The position numbers and the translations under genes are program-made. The notes below the pieces were generated by a model. It saw only the letters and a list, made by a program, of their open reading frames with translations. It was not told the origin of the DNA and searched no databases. A stretch of 47,767 bases of DNA from Deltaproteobacteria bacterium. GTDB taxonomy: Bacteria; Desulfobacterota; Binatia; UBA12015. The DNA lies in assembly GCA_046583355.1 (NCBI GenBank), contig JAYGCM010000052.1, positions 1 to 47,767 of the forward strand, read 5' to 3'. Each line of letters opens with the position of its first letter. Within the stretch, counting starts at the first letter, position 1. Positions 1-8,983 of the stretch are shown piece by piece.

Positions 1-192
1 ACAGAAAACACTTTTTAGGAAGTCCTTGAGACCCATCTGAACAGGACTCTCACCTTCACCGTCACTGGAGTGCGGACTGTAGGGACTCAGTCCAAGTCCC
101 GGACTCGTCATCGAGCTGCTGCTTAGCCTTTGGTCCATGTCATCCGTACTATTAGTAACGCAGTACAAACTGTTGGCTCGAAGTTGGAGCGC
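1..192. other. Foreign-looking low-GC segment joined in-frame to truncated uvrB (probable chimeric contig end or insertion)
   Basis: Hand count gives 91 G+C in the first 180 nt (~51%), against ~65% elsewhere. The minus frame continuing uvrB reads [64 protein letters not shown]. It is not UvrB-like and uses many AGT Ser codons. Confidence 0.7.
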
Positions 193-1116
193 CTCGATGC
201 CGGGGCAGAAGCCCATCTCCTGGAGCAACTCCAGGTCATAGGAGGTTCGCTGATCGATTCGCTGCGCTTCGAGAAGTTTCCCATCGGCCTGCAACTCCGC
301 GACACGTTCGGCCAACTCGGCGCGGATCGTGACAATCGCCTCCTCCAGCTTGTCCTGGGTGGTTACATAATGACTCGCCGGATAGATCGCGATGCGAGCC
401 AGGCCTTGTTGCGTCCGCCCTCGCAAAGGGTCGAATTCAGAGATCGCCTCGATGGTATCGCCGAAGAATTCAACGCGGATCGCCCGCGCGTCTTCGTAGG
501 AAGGAAAGATCTCCACCACATCACCGCGCACCCGAAAAGCGCCACGATGAAACTCGATATCGTTGCGTTCATATTGGATCGCGACCAGGCGGCGCAGCAG
601 CTCGTCACGGTCCATTTCGGCGTCGCGCTCGAGGAAGACCAACATCTCGAAGTATTTCTCGGGCGAGCCGAGACCGTAGATGCACGAAACGCTCGCGACA
701 ATCAGAACATCGTTGCGCTCCAGCAGGGCCTTGGTGGCCGAGTGACGCATCTTGTCGATTTCATCGTTGATCGAGGAATCCTTCTCGATGAAGGTATCGG
801 TCGAGGGAACGTAAGCCTCCGGCTGGAAATAATCGTAATAGCTGACGAAATAACGAACCGCGTTTTCCGGAAAGAAGTCGCGAAACTCGGCATAGAGTTG
901 CGCCGCCAGGGTTTTGTTGGGCGCGATGACCAGGGCGGGCCGGTTCCGCTCGGCGATGACATGCGCCATCGAGAGCGTCTTGCCCGAACCCGTCACGCCA
1001 AGAAGCGTCTGGTGGGCCTCTCCCTGACGAAGCCCCTCGGTTAGCGCACGGATGGCCGAGGGCTGATCGCCACAGGGCTCGAAGGGTGCCACCAGATCAA
1101 AGCTGCCCGTTTTCAT
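193..1116 (-). CDS. uvrB: Excinuclease ABC subunit B, N-terminal ~308 aa only (truncated)
   Basis: Manual minus-strand translation from ATG 1116 (alternative GTG 1125 after GGAG): [19 protein letters not shown]...[12 protein letters not shown]...[11 protein letters not shown]...[14 protein letters not shown]...[15 protein letters not shown]...EMGFCPGIE. It is missing from the ORF track because the frame runs off the window without a stop. Confidence 0.95.
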
Positions 1117-1171
1117 CCCGCTCACAAACTCTCCATTTTCGCTGCTTCCCTCAAACCGCTATAGCGCGCGC

Positions 1172-2800
1172 ATGGCCTTGGAGAGAGATGCAGAGACAGG
1201 CGGGCTCGCCACCACGCCCCGCCTGGATGAGCATATCGATCGGATCCTCGGCCTGCTGCGTGGCTGCGGCCTGCTGCTCTACCCGCATGCCAACACTCCC
1301 TTGCGCCGCAAGCTGGCCGATTTCATGGACCAGCAACGTGACGAGACCGTCCGGCGCTGGATCGAGACCGTCGGGACGGCATTCGCAATCGAAGACAAAG
1401 AACTGACCGAACTCATTGAGGATATCCGCGATGCACAAACCCGCTGGATAGCGCGCATCCGCAACCCAGAGGATACCACGACCTATGCCGTCCTGCGGGA
1501 ACATGCGAGGGGCGGCTTCATCTCGAAGCACCCGGCCTCCCGCTTTCTCGCCAGCCAGCTCTTGGTGCAACAGATCACGGCCGACCTCTTACGCCGCGAG
1601 CGCCCTGACGACCCTGACCTCCCGAACCTCCTCGGCTTGCTGGAACAAGAGCATCGGGAGCGCACACTTCATATTACCGATTTTTTCGTCGAGGCACGCG
1701 AACGAGATCTGGCCGACCATGCCGAGGGCCATCGCCGCTCCCTCGATATGGCGCCTGCGGCCATGTTCACGGTCGACAGCGACGACGGCATCATCCTCGC
1801 GGCCAACCTTTTCGGGCGCAGCGAAGTCGGCAGCAAGGACCGCGAACTGGCCGGTACGGCGCTCTGGGATCTCCATCCGCCGCGAGAACGCGACCAGGTC
1901 CGCCAAACCTTTCATCTCGCCTTACGCGACGGCGCGGCATCGCTGGAGAACCTCCATCTCGAAAGAGAGGGCCGCTCGCCCCTGCCCGTCGACCTGCGCG
2001 CCACGCTGATCGAATATCACGACGAGCGCATCCTGCAGGCAATGTATGTCGACCTCTCGGAGCGACGCCGACTCGAATTTCAGCTGATCCAATCCGAAAA
2101 AATGGCCGCCATCGGACAACTCGCCGCCGGCATCGCACACGAGATCCGCAACCCCCTCGGCATCATCACCAACGCGCTTTATGATCTGGGCGAACTTCTC
2201 CCCGAGGCACCGGCCGAGGTCGAAGAAGACCTACGCATTGCGCGCAGCGAGATGGCGCGGGTGCAGGAAATCATCAATAACCTGCTTGAATTTTCCCGCG
2301 ATAGTCGAACCGAAACGCAAAGCGTCGACCTCGGTACGCTGGTCGAGCGCACCCTTCGCCTGATGAACAAATACCTCCAGAATAACGGGGTTCGGGCGCG
2401 TACCATGCTCGCCGAATCGGCCCTCTGCGAGGCAAATGAAAACGGCATGCGACAGGTGCTTTTGAATCTGATCACCAACGCCGTTCAGGCAATGCCCGAA
2501 GGCGGTGACCTCTGCATCGCCACCGAGATCACGCCGGGCGGCCGGATCGAATTGTCCATCTCCGACACCGGCACCGGAGTCCCACCCGAGCGTCTCGGCA
2601 ATATATTCGACCCCTTCTTCACCACCAAAGAACCGGGCGAGGGAACCGGCCTCGGGCTTTCGGTCGTCCACTCGGTGATCACCAGCTGCGGCGGCACCAT
2701 CGATGTCAGCAGCCGCCCCGGCGGCACCACCTTCACGATCCGCCTCCCACCGCCCGCCACGGCGGTAGCGCTCCCTCCAGCCAGCGAGAAAAGCCCATGA
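1172..2800 (+). CDS. Cytoplasmic PAS-domain sensor histidine kinase (NtrB/AtoS-like) with an N-terminal all-helical RsbRD_N/globin-like domain
   Basis: H-box QSEKMAAIGQLAAGIAHEIRNPL, N-box QVLLNLITNAVQAM, G boxes DTGTG / FDPFFTTK / GTGLGL. PAS-like segment follows APAAMFTVD. No transmembrane stretch. Confidence 0.92.
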   Translation: MALERDAETGGLATTPRLDEHIDRILGLLRGCGLLLYPHANTPLRRKLADFMDQQRDETVRRWIETVGTAFAIEDKELTELIEDIRDAQTRWIARIRNPEDTTTYAVLREHARGGFISKHPASRFLASQLLVQQITADLLRRERPDDPDLPNLLGLLEQEHRERTLHITDFFVEARERDLADHAEGHRRSLDMAPAAMFTVDSDDGIILAANLFGRSEVGSKDRELAGTALWDLHPPRERDQVRQTFHLALRDGAASLENLHLEREGRSPLPVDLRATLIEYHDERILQAMYVDLSERRRLEFQLIQSEKMAAIGQLAAGIAHEIRNPLGIITNALYDLGELLPEAPAEVEEDLRIARSEMARVQEIINNLLEFSRDSRTETQSVDLGTLVERTLRLMNKYLQNNGVRARTMLAESALCEANENGMRQVLLNLITNAVQAMPEGGDLCIATEITPGGRIELSISDTGTGVPPERLGNIFDPFFTTKEPGEGTGLGLSVVHSVITSCGGTIDVSSRPGGTTFTIRLPPPATAVALPPASEKSP

Positions 2801-4158
2801 ACGCCCAGATCCTCCTTGTCGACGACGAACCGAATCAACTGGTCACCATCGAACGAATTCTTGGGCGTGAGGGATATCTCGTCAGCACCGCGCGCAACGC
2901 CCGCCAAGCGCTCGAGAAGATGAACGATACGGCCTTCGACCTCGTCGTGACCGACCTGAATATGCCCGTCATGGACGGCATGGCCTTGCTCCACGAAATC
3001 GAAACACTTGCCATCCACCCACCGGTGATCGTCTTGACGGGCTTCGGCACCGTGCAATCCGCGGTCGAGGCGATGAAGCATGGCGCCGCCGATTATCTGA
3101 TCAAACCCTGCGATCCCGACGAGCTCAAAATGGTGATTGCCCGTCAGCTCGAATTGGGCGACCTGCGCCGCGAGGTCGCCGGCCTGCGCCGCGACCTGTC
3201 GCGCCACCAGCGCTTCGGCGAACTCCTCGGCGAGAGCCCTGCAATGGAAGAGGTCTATGGGGTGATCGAATCGATCGCCGCCAACAAAAGTACGGTCCTG
3301 ATTACGGGCGAGAGCGGTACGGGAAAAGAATTGGTCGCGCGCACGATCCACCAACGCTCGCCTTGGGCCCGACAGCCCTTCGTGGCGCTGAATTGTGGCG
3401 CCGTCTCCGAGAGCCTCCTCGATAGCCAACTTTTCGGGCACCGCCGTGGTGCGTTTACCGGCGCGATCGCCGACCAGGAGGGTGTCTTCCAAGCCGCACA
3501 CGGCGGGACACTCTTTCTCGACGAGATCTCCGAGATCCCCGGCCCTCTGCAAGCCAAATTTCTGCGCGCCCTTCAAGAGCGCGAAGTCACGCCGATCGGC
3601 ATGACCCACCCGATCCGGATCGATGTGCGGATTCTGGCAGCGACCAACCAGGACCTCAATGATGCCGTGCGCGAGGGCCGCTTCCGCGAGGACCTCTTCT
3701 ACCGACTGCACGTCGTGAACGTGCACCTCCCGCCGCTGGCCGAGCGCGGCGGCGATGTGCTGATTCTCGCCACCGAATTCATTCGGCAATATGCGAAGAG
3801 CTACAACGTCGCGGCCAAGGAACTCACCGATGCAGCGCGTCGACACCTCCTCGAGCACCATTGGCCGGGTAATGTGCGCGAGTTGCAAAACGCGATCGAG
3901 CGCGCCTTCGCGCTCTCGCGCGGAGAGTCCATCGATGCGGCCGACCTGGGCGAGCATCCCGCCTCTCGGCTGCCGGGTCGGCCACAAAACGCCGTCGAGC
4001 GCCGCACGACCCGGATCCAGCCGCTCGAGAATTCCGAAAAAGAATTGATCGAGGCAGCGCTCGCCGAGGCCGGTGGCAACAAAAACGAAGCCGCCAGGCT
4101 GCTGGGAATCGACCGCCAGCGCCTCTACCGCAAGATCAGCAAATACGGTGTCGGTTAG
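2797..4158 (+). CDS. Sigma-54-dependent response regulator (NtrC/AtoC family enhancer-binding protein)
   Basis: Receiver (LLVDDE, VVTDLNMP, LIKP), Walker A GESGTGKE, GAFTGA motif, LFLDEI, WPGNVREL, C-terminal Fis-type HTH. ATGA overlap with the kinase. Confidence 0.96.
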   Translation: MNAQILLVDDEPNQLVTIERILGREGYLVSTARNARQALEKMNDTAFDLVVTDLNMPVMDGMALLHEIETLAIHPPVIVLTGFGTVQSAVEAMKHGAADYLIKPCDPDELKMVIARQLELGDLRREVAGLRRDLSRHQRFGELLGESPAMEEVYGVIESIAANKSTVLITGESGTGKELVARTIHQRSPWARQPFVALNCGAVSESLLDSQLFGHRRGAFTGAIADQEGVFQAAHGGTLFLDEISEIPGPLQAKFLRALQEREVTPIGMTHPIRIDVRILAATNQDLNDAVREGRFREDLFYRLHVVNVHLPPLAERGGDVLILATEFIRQYAKSYNVAAKELTDAARRHLLEHHWPGNVRELQNAIERAFALSRGESIDAADLGEHPASRLPGRPQNAVERRTTRIQPLENSEKELIEAALAEAGGNKNEAARLLGIDRQRLYRKISKYGVG

Positions 4159-4162
4159 AGGC

Positions 4163-4183
4163 CCGATCCGCTTACCGGGTCGG
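4163..4183 (+). terminator. GC-rich stem-loop after the regulator stop codon (possible terminator, no U-tract)
   Basis: CCGATCCG-CTTAC-CGGGTCGG, an 8-bp stem with one G-U pair. Confidence 0.25.
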
Positions 4184-4213
4184 CCCGTATCCGAACACCA
4201 GCGCGGCCAATGG

Positions 4214-4243
4214 TCGCTCGATCGAACACATCCAATCGAGCGA
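4214..4243. promoter_or_regulatory. Inverted repeat, candidate enhancer (UAS) for a sigma-54 activator
   Basis: TCGCTCGAT-N12-ATCGAGCGA with perfect 9-bp arms, ~60-90 nt upstream of the predicted sigma-54 start site. Confidence 0.35.
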
Positions 4244-4279
4244 GAAACGAAACCCCTAGGAAACTCAACTTTCCCATGC

Positions 4280-4295
4280 TGGCATGATTCCTGCA
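4280..4295 (+). promoter_or_regulatory. Sigma-54 (-24/-12) promoter
   Basis: TGGCATGATTCCTGCA: GG at 4281-4282, 10-nt spacer, GC at 4293-4294. Close to the TGGCAC-N5-TTGCA consensus and next to a bEBP gene. Confidence 0.7.
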
Positions 4296-4308
4296 ATGAA
4301 CCACGCCT

Positions 4309-4698
4309 ATGGAAGCGGGCGATATCGTCCTCGTTGCCACCGCGAGTGAGAATCTACGCCGTCTGATCGGCCGGGAATTGGTGCGCAAAGGCTTCGTGGC
4401 GGAGTCGGCCGATACGGCCGAGCAAGCGCTCCAGGCAGCGGCCTGTGGCTCCTACGCGGTCATCGTGGCGGATGCCTACCTGCCGGGATGTACAGGGCCC
4501 AGCCTGATCCACGACCTGCGGGCACGTGGGATCACCACCCCGGCGGTTCTTCTCACGGAAGCCGATAGCAAATGCCTGCGCGAGGCGATTGCCCGATTCG
4601 GCGCCACCGATTGCCTCAACGGCCCCGATCTCTCGCGCCTGACACTTGCCATCGCGCAGGCCCGGCAATGCGCGATCAGGTCGAATAGGCCGAATTGA
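4309..4698 (+). CDS. Stand-alone atypical response regulator receiver domain protein
   Basis: CheY-like pattern (VIVADAYLPGCTG, PAVLLTE), but it lacks the acidic pair after beta1 (VLVATASE) and the conserved Lys (DCLNGP). Confidence 0.7.
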   Translation: MEAGDIVLVATASENLRRLIGRELVRKGFVAESADTAEQALQAAACGSYAVIVADAYLPGCTGPSLIHDLRARGITTPAVLLTEADSKCLREAIARFGATDCLNGPDLSRLTLAIAQARQCAIRSNRPN

Positions 4699-5887
4699 AT
4701 TTGACGTAAGCTGGTGAGAGATCCGAGGTGATCGCCCCGGCGCGCGCCTGGCCGCGACCGAGTTCGATCACGACCTCGACCTCGGACGCCTGCATGCGGC
4801 GCCGCGCCCGTGCCCGACTGCCGGCGACGCCCACGCCGCCTGCAAAAACCGGCACGCCGCCGATCGCGATGCTTACCCGTTCGGGATCCACCGCGACGCC
4901 GCTATAGCCGATGGCACAGGCGATCCGCCCCCAATTCGGGTCTGCGCCATGGAAGGCGGCCTTGACCAGGGTGGAGCGGCTGACCGTGCGTGCGACCTGC
5001 CGGGCCTCTGCCTCATTGGCGGCGCCGCGCACCTCGAGGTGCACGACCTTGGTGGCGCCCTCCCCATCGCGAGCGACCAGGACGGCGAGATCCCTCCCGA
5101 TCTGCTTGGCGGCCTCGAGGAAATTCTCCGGCAAGCGCCGGCCCGTGCGACGCAGACGCGCCGCCCCGCTGGCAAGCACAAAGAGGCTGTCATTGGTGCT
5201 GGTATCGCCATCAACCGAGAGTTCATTGAACGAGGATCCGGCGATCGCGCGGGCGACCCGCCGCGCCTCGAGCGGGAATAGATCCGCGTCGCTCAAAACG
5301 AATACCAATAATGTCGCCATCTCCGGTGCAATCATGCCGGCGCCCTTGGCGATGCCGAGGATCCGCACCGGGCCGTCGCGGCCCGGAACCGTCGTCGCTA
5401 CTATTTTGGCGAAGGCATCGGTCGTGCGGATCGCATCGGCGAAATCCGCGGCGCCCGAGGGCCTGAGCGAGCGCGCGGCCGCACGGATACCGCGCTGCAC
5501 CTTGCCCATCGCCAAGGGCGCGCCGATGAGACCGGTCGAGGCAGGCGCCACATCGCTCGGCGCGATCCCCAGACACGCCGCCGCCGCCACACACATCGCC
5601 TGCGCATCGCGCCGTCCGCGCGGCCCGGTGCAGGCATTCGCATTCCCGCTATTGACTACCAAGGCGCGCAGACGCCCGGCCGTCAGCCGCTGCACGGCCA
5701 GATCGACGGGTGCCGCCCGGAAGCGATTGCGCGTAAAAACACCGCCTGCGGCGACCGGCCGCGACGCGACGATCAGCCCGATATCGGGCGCGCCGGATTC
5801 CTTGAGGCCGGCCGTTGCCGTCCCGAACGAAAACCCGGGAACCTCAAAGGCGCCCTGCTCTGCCCTCTCAACCTCTCGCTTCTTCAT
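4676..5887 (-). CDS. argJ: Bifunctional glutamate N-acetyltransferase / ornithine acetyltransferase
   Basis: GVFTRN, VVNSGNANACTG, STGLIG, TTD, KGAGMIAPEMAT (A|T autoproteolysis site), DGDTSTND, DGEGATK, DPNWGRI. ATG 5887 is preceded by AGGAGAGG; the ORF-track start at 6244 is too long. Confidence 0.96.
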   Translation of the reverse strand: MKKREVERAEQGAFEVPGFSFGTATAGLKESGAPDIGLIVASRPVAAGGVFTRNRFRAAPVDLAVQRLTAGRLRALVVNSGNANACTGPRGRRDAQAMCVAAAACLGIAPSDVAPASTGLIGAPLAMGKVQRGIRAAARSLRPSGAADFADAIRTTDAFAKIVATTVPGRDGPVRILGIAKGAGMIAPEMATLLVFVLSDADLFPLEARRVARAIAGSSFNELSVDGDTSTNDSLFVLASGAARLRRTGRRLPENFLEAAKQIGRDLAVLVARDGEGATKVVHLEVRGAANEAEARQVARTVSRSTLVKAAFHGADPNWGRIACAIGYSGVAVDPERVSIAIGGVPVFAGGVGVAGSRARARRRMQASEVEVVIELGRGQARAGAITSDLSPAYVKFNSAYST

Positions 5888-6041
5888 GCTGACCTCTCCT
5901 TGAATTGGAGCCGACTCGTCGGCCGCGAGGCCCCGCCCCCGCGGCCTCGCCCGAAGAGCGGTACCGCCCGCCGCACGGATTTGAAAGGCCCGCTCAGCGG
6001 GGCTATTCAACAAAGAGGGGATTGCACCGGCGTCCTGGAGA

Positions 6042-7961
6042 ATGGTGCGGCAAGAGGCGGGGGGAAGGATCGGACCCCTGAGCGAGACCGAAGAGGCAAC
6101 AACCAGCGAGACCGAAGAGGCAACAACCAGCGAGACCGCGAGCGAAGAGCTCGAGGAAGTCGTCATCCGCTTTGCCGGTGACTCCGGCGACGGCATGCAG
6201 CTGACCGGAACCCAATTCACCACGTCCTCGGCGCTAGCCGGCAACGATATCGGTACGCTGCCCGACTATCCGGCCGAGATCCGCGCGCCGGCGGGCACTC
6301 TTGCCGGTGTCAGCGGCTTCCAGGTCAAATTTGCCAACCAGCGCGTCTTCACTCCGGGCGACAACCCCGACGTGCTGGTCGCGATGAATCCGGCCGCGCT
6401 CAAGGCCAATATCGAAGACCTGCAAAAGGGCGGCCTGCTGATCGTCGACCGCGAGGCCTTCTCCAAGGGAAATCTGAAAAAGGCCGGCTATGCGGAGAAC
6501 CCGCTTGAGGACGGCTCGCTCGATGCCTTCCAGCTGCGCGCGATTGAGATCTCCAAGCTGACCATATTGGCTCTCGCGGAGTCCGGGCTGACCAACAAGC
6601 AGGTTCTGCGCTGCAAGAACTTCTTCACCCTCGGCATTGTCAGCTGGCTCTACCAGCGGCCGACCGAGCCGACGCTCAAGTTCATCCAGCAACGTTTCGG
6701 CAAGGACGAGACCTTGGCCGATGCGAATACGCGCGCCTTCCGGGCGGGCTATAATTTCGGCGATACCACCGAAATTTTCGCAACCCGCTACGAGGTCAAG
6801 GCTGCCGCGATCGCACCGGGGATCTACCGCAATATCACCGGCAATAGCGCGCTTTGCCTCGGTCTGGTCACGGCCGCCCGCAAGGCCGGCTTGCCGCTTT
6901 ATCTGGGCTCCTACCCGATCACGCCGGCCAGCGATATCCTGCACGAACTGGCAAAGCTCAAAGCTTTCGATGTCACGACCTTCCAGGCCGAAGACGAGAT
7001 TGCCGGTGTCGGTGCCGCCATCGGCGCGGCCTTCGGCGGCGCACTCGCCGTCACCACAACCAGTGGGCCGGGAATCGCCCTCAAATCCGAAATGATCAGC
7101 CTGGCCGTCAAAACCGAACTGCCGCTGATCATCTGCGATGTCCAGCGCGGTGGCCCCTCGACCGGCTTGCCGACGAAAACCGAGCAAGCCGACCTCCTCG
7201 CCGCACTCTACGGGCGCCATGGCGAGGCCCCGGCTGTCGTGATCGCGCCGTCCACGCCCGCCGATTGTTTCGCTACGGCCTTGGAAGCCGCGCGCATCGC
7301 GATTCGTTATATGACGCCCGTCTACATTCTCTCCGATGGCTACCTGGCCAACGGCGCCGAGCCCTGGCTGCTGCCCGATCTCGACAAAATTCCCGCCATC
7401 GAGGCCGAATTTCGCACCGACCCCAAAGGCTATTTCCCCTACCTACGGGACCCCGAGACACTCTCGCGGCCCTGGGTCGTTCCCGGTACGCCGGGCCTCG
7501 AGCACCGCATCGGCGGCATCGAGTCCGAGTACAAAACCGGCAATATCAGCTACGCGCCGGCCAACCACGAACAAATGGTCCGGCTACGAGCACGCAAAAT
7601 CGCCAATGTCGCCGCCGAAATCCCGCCCAGCGAAATCGACGGTCCCGAGAGTGGCCGCGTGCTGATCGTCGGCTGGGGCAGTACCTGCGGCTCGATCCGT
7701 GCGGCGATCGCGCAACTCAGCGAACGCCACGAAGGCATCGCCCATCTGCATCTGCGCCACCTCAACCCGCTGCCACCGGATCTGGGCGAAATCCTCGCGC
7801 GCTTCGACAAGATTCTGATTCCGGAAATGAACCTGGGCCAACTCTCACGGCTGATCCGCGCCGAGTATCTTGTCGACGCAATCGCATGGGGCAAGGTCCA
7901 GGGTGCTCCCTTCAAGGTCGCGGAAATCGTACACCGCGTCGAAACGCTACTGGAGGACTGA
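6042..7961 (+). CDS. korA: 2-oxoacid:ferredoxin (acceptor) oxidoreductase alpha subunit (gamma-alpha fusion, KorA-like)
   Basis: IRFAGDSGDGMQLTG, YPAEIRAPAGT, YPITPAS, QAEDEIA, TSGPG, DVQRGGPSTGLPTKTEQ, EMNLGQL. Exact start is uncertain. Confidence 0.93.
   Translation: MVRQEAGGRIGPLSETEEATTSETEEATTSETASEELEEVVIRFAGDSGDGMQLTGTQFTTSSALAGNDIGTLPDYPAEIRAPAGTLAGVSGFQVKFANQRVFTPGDNPDVLVAMNPAALKANIEDLQKGGLLIVDREAFSKGNLKKAGYAENPLEDGSLDAFQLRAIEISKLTILALAESGLTNKQVLRCKNFFTLGIVSWLYQRPTEPTLKFIQQRFGKDETLADANTRAFRAGYNFGDTTEIFATRYEVKAAAIAPGIYRNITGNSALCLGLVTAARKAGLPLYLGSYPITPASDILHELAKLKAFDVTTFQAEDEIAGVGAAIGAAFGGALAVTTTSGPGIALKSEMISLAVKTELPLIICDVQRGGPSTGLPTKTEQADLLAALYGRHGEAPAVVIAPSTPADCFATALEAARIAIRYMTPVYILSDGYLANGAEPWLLPDLDKIPAIEAEFRTDPKGYFPYLRDPETLSRPWVVPGTPGLEHRIGGIESEYKTGNISYAPANHEQMVRLRARKIANVAAEIPPSEIDGPESGRVLIVGWGSTCGSIRAAIAQLSERHEGIAHLHLRHLNPLPPDLGEILARFDKILIPEMNLGQLSRLIRAEYLVDAIAWGKVQGAPFKVAEIVHRVETLLED
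6081..6138 (+). repeat. 24-nt tandem repeat (2.4 copies) in the korA 5' end
   Basis: AGCGAGACCGAAGAGGCAACAACC at 6081-6104 and 6105-6128, plus a partial AGCGAGACCG. Encodes SETEEATT x2 + SET. Confidence 0.9.
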
Positions 7962-7966
7962 TCCCG

Positions 7967-8983
7967 ATGGCTATCGCAGAACAAAACGAAAAACCGGCGC
8001 TGACCAAGCGCGATTTCGAGTCCGACCAGGAGGTACGTTGGTGCCCGGGTTGTGGCGATTACGCGATTCTCGCTCAGGTCCAGCGGGTATTACCGGAACT
8101 CGGCGTCCCGCGCGAAAATATCGTCTTCGTATCGGGCATCGGCTGCTCCAGCCGCTTCCCCTATTACCTGAACACCTATGGCTTCCATACCCTGCACGGA
8201 CGCGCACCCGGCATCGCCAGCGGATTGAAAATGTCCCGGCCAGAGTTGAGCGTATGGATTGCCACCGGCGACGGCGACGCTCTTTCCATCGGTGGCAATC
8301 ACCTTATTCATATCCTGCGGCGCAACCTCGACATCAACATCCTGCTCTTCAATAATCAGATCTACGGTTTGACCAAAGGGCAATATTCGCCCACTTCCGA
8401 GGTCGGCAAGGTCACGAAATCCACACCCGAGGGGTCGGTCGATTACCCCTTCAAGCCACCGGTTCTGGCGCTCGGGGCCGAGGCGACCTTCGTGGCCCGC
8501 TCGATCGATGTCGAGGCAAAGCACCTGCAATCCATCCTTCGGGCAGCGCATGCGCATCGCGGCACTTCCTTCGTTGAAATCCTGCAGAACTGCAATATCT
8601 TCAACGACGGCGCCTTCGACGATGTGACCACTCGCGCGACCAAGCTGGAGAAGCAACTCATTCTCGAAGACGGCCAGCCGATGATTTTCGGCAAAGAACG
8701 AGATAAGGCGATCCGCATGAGCGGGATGCGGCCCGAAGTCGTGGCGATCGCCGATATCGGCGAGAACGAAATCCTCGTACATGATGTCCAGAACCCGGTG
8801 CAGGCCTTCCTGCTGGGCCATATGACGACGGCCGAGTTCCCCACGCCGATCGGTGTGATCTACGATATCGACCGCCCGGTTTACGAAGAGGGTCTACAAC
8901 GCCAACTCGCAGAGGCCAAAGCCTCCTCGGACGCCAACCTGCATGATCTTCTTCATTCCGGCGACGTCTGGACCGTGGAATAA
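7967..8983 (+). CDS. korB: 2-oxoacid:ferredoxin oxidoreductase beta subunit (TPP-binding, KorB-like)
   Basis: WCPGCGD, SGIGCSS, HTLHGRA, TPP motif GDGD...NNQIYGLTKGQYSPT. ATG 7967 follows GGAGG; the ORF-track start at 6854 is spurious. Confidence 0.94.
   Translation: MAIAEQNEKPALTKRDFESDQEVRWCPGCGDYAILAQVQRVLPELGVPRENIVFVSGIGCSSRFPYYLNTYGFHTLHGRAPGIASGLKMSRPELSVWIATGDGDALSIGGNHLIHILRRNLDINILLFNNQIYGLTKGQYSPTSEVGKVTKSTPEGSVDYPFKPPVLALGAEATFVARSIDVEAKHLQSILRAAHAHRGTSFVEILQNCNIFNDGAFDDVTTRATKLEKQLILEDGQPMIFGKERDKAIRMSGMRPEVVAIADIGENEILVHDVQNPVQAFLLGHMTTAEFPTPIGVIYDIDRPVYEEGLQRQLAEAKASSDANLHDLLHSGDVWTVE

Noticed and set aside
130..1044. 304-aa plus-strand ORF
   Set aside because: Antisense shadow of uvrB with no recognisable motifs.
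2485..4296. 603-aa minus-strand ORF
   Set aside because: Antisense shadow of the kinase/regulator genes, as expected in high-GC DNA.
6854..7966. Apparent 371-aa N-terminal extension of korB (709-aa ORF)
   Set aside because: Off-frame overlap with korA. The real start is ATG 7967 with an SD.
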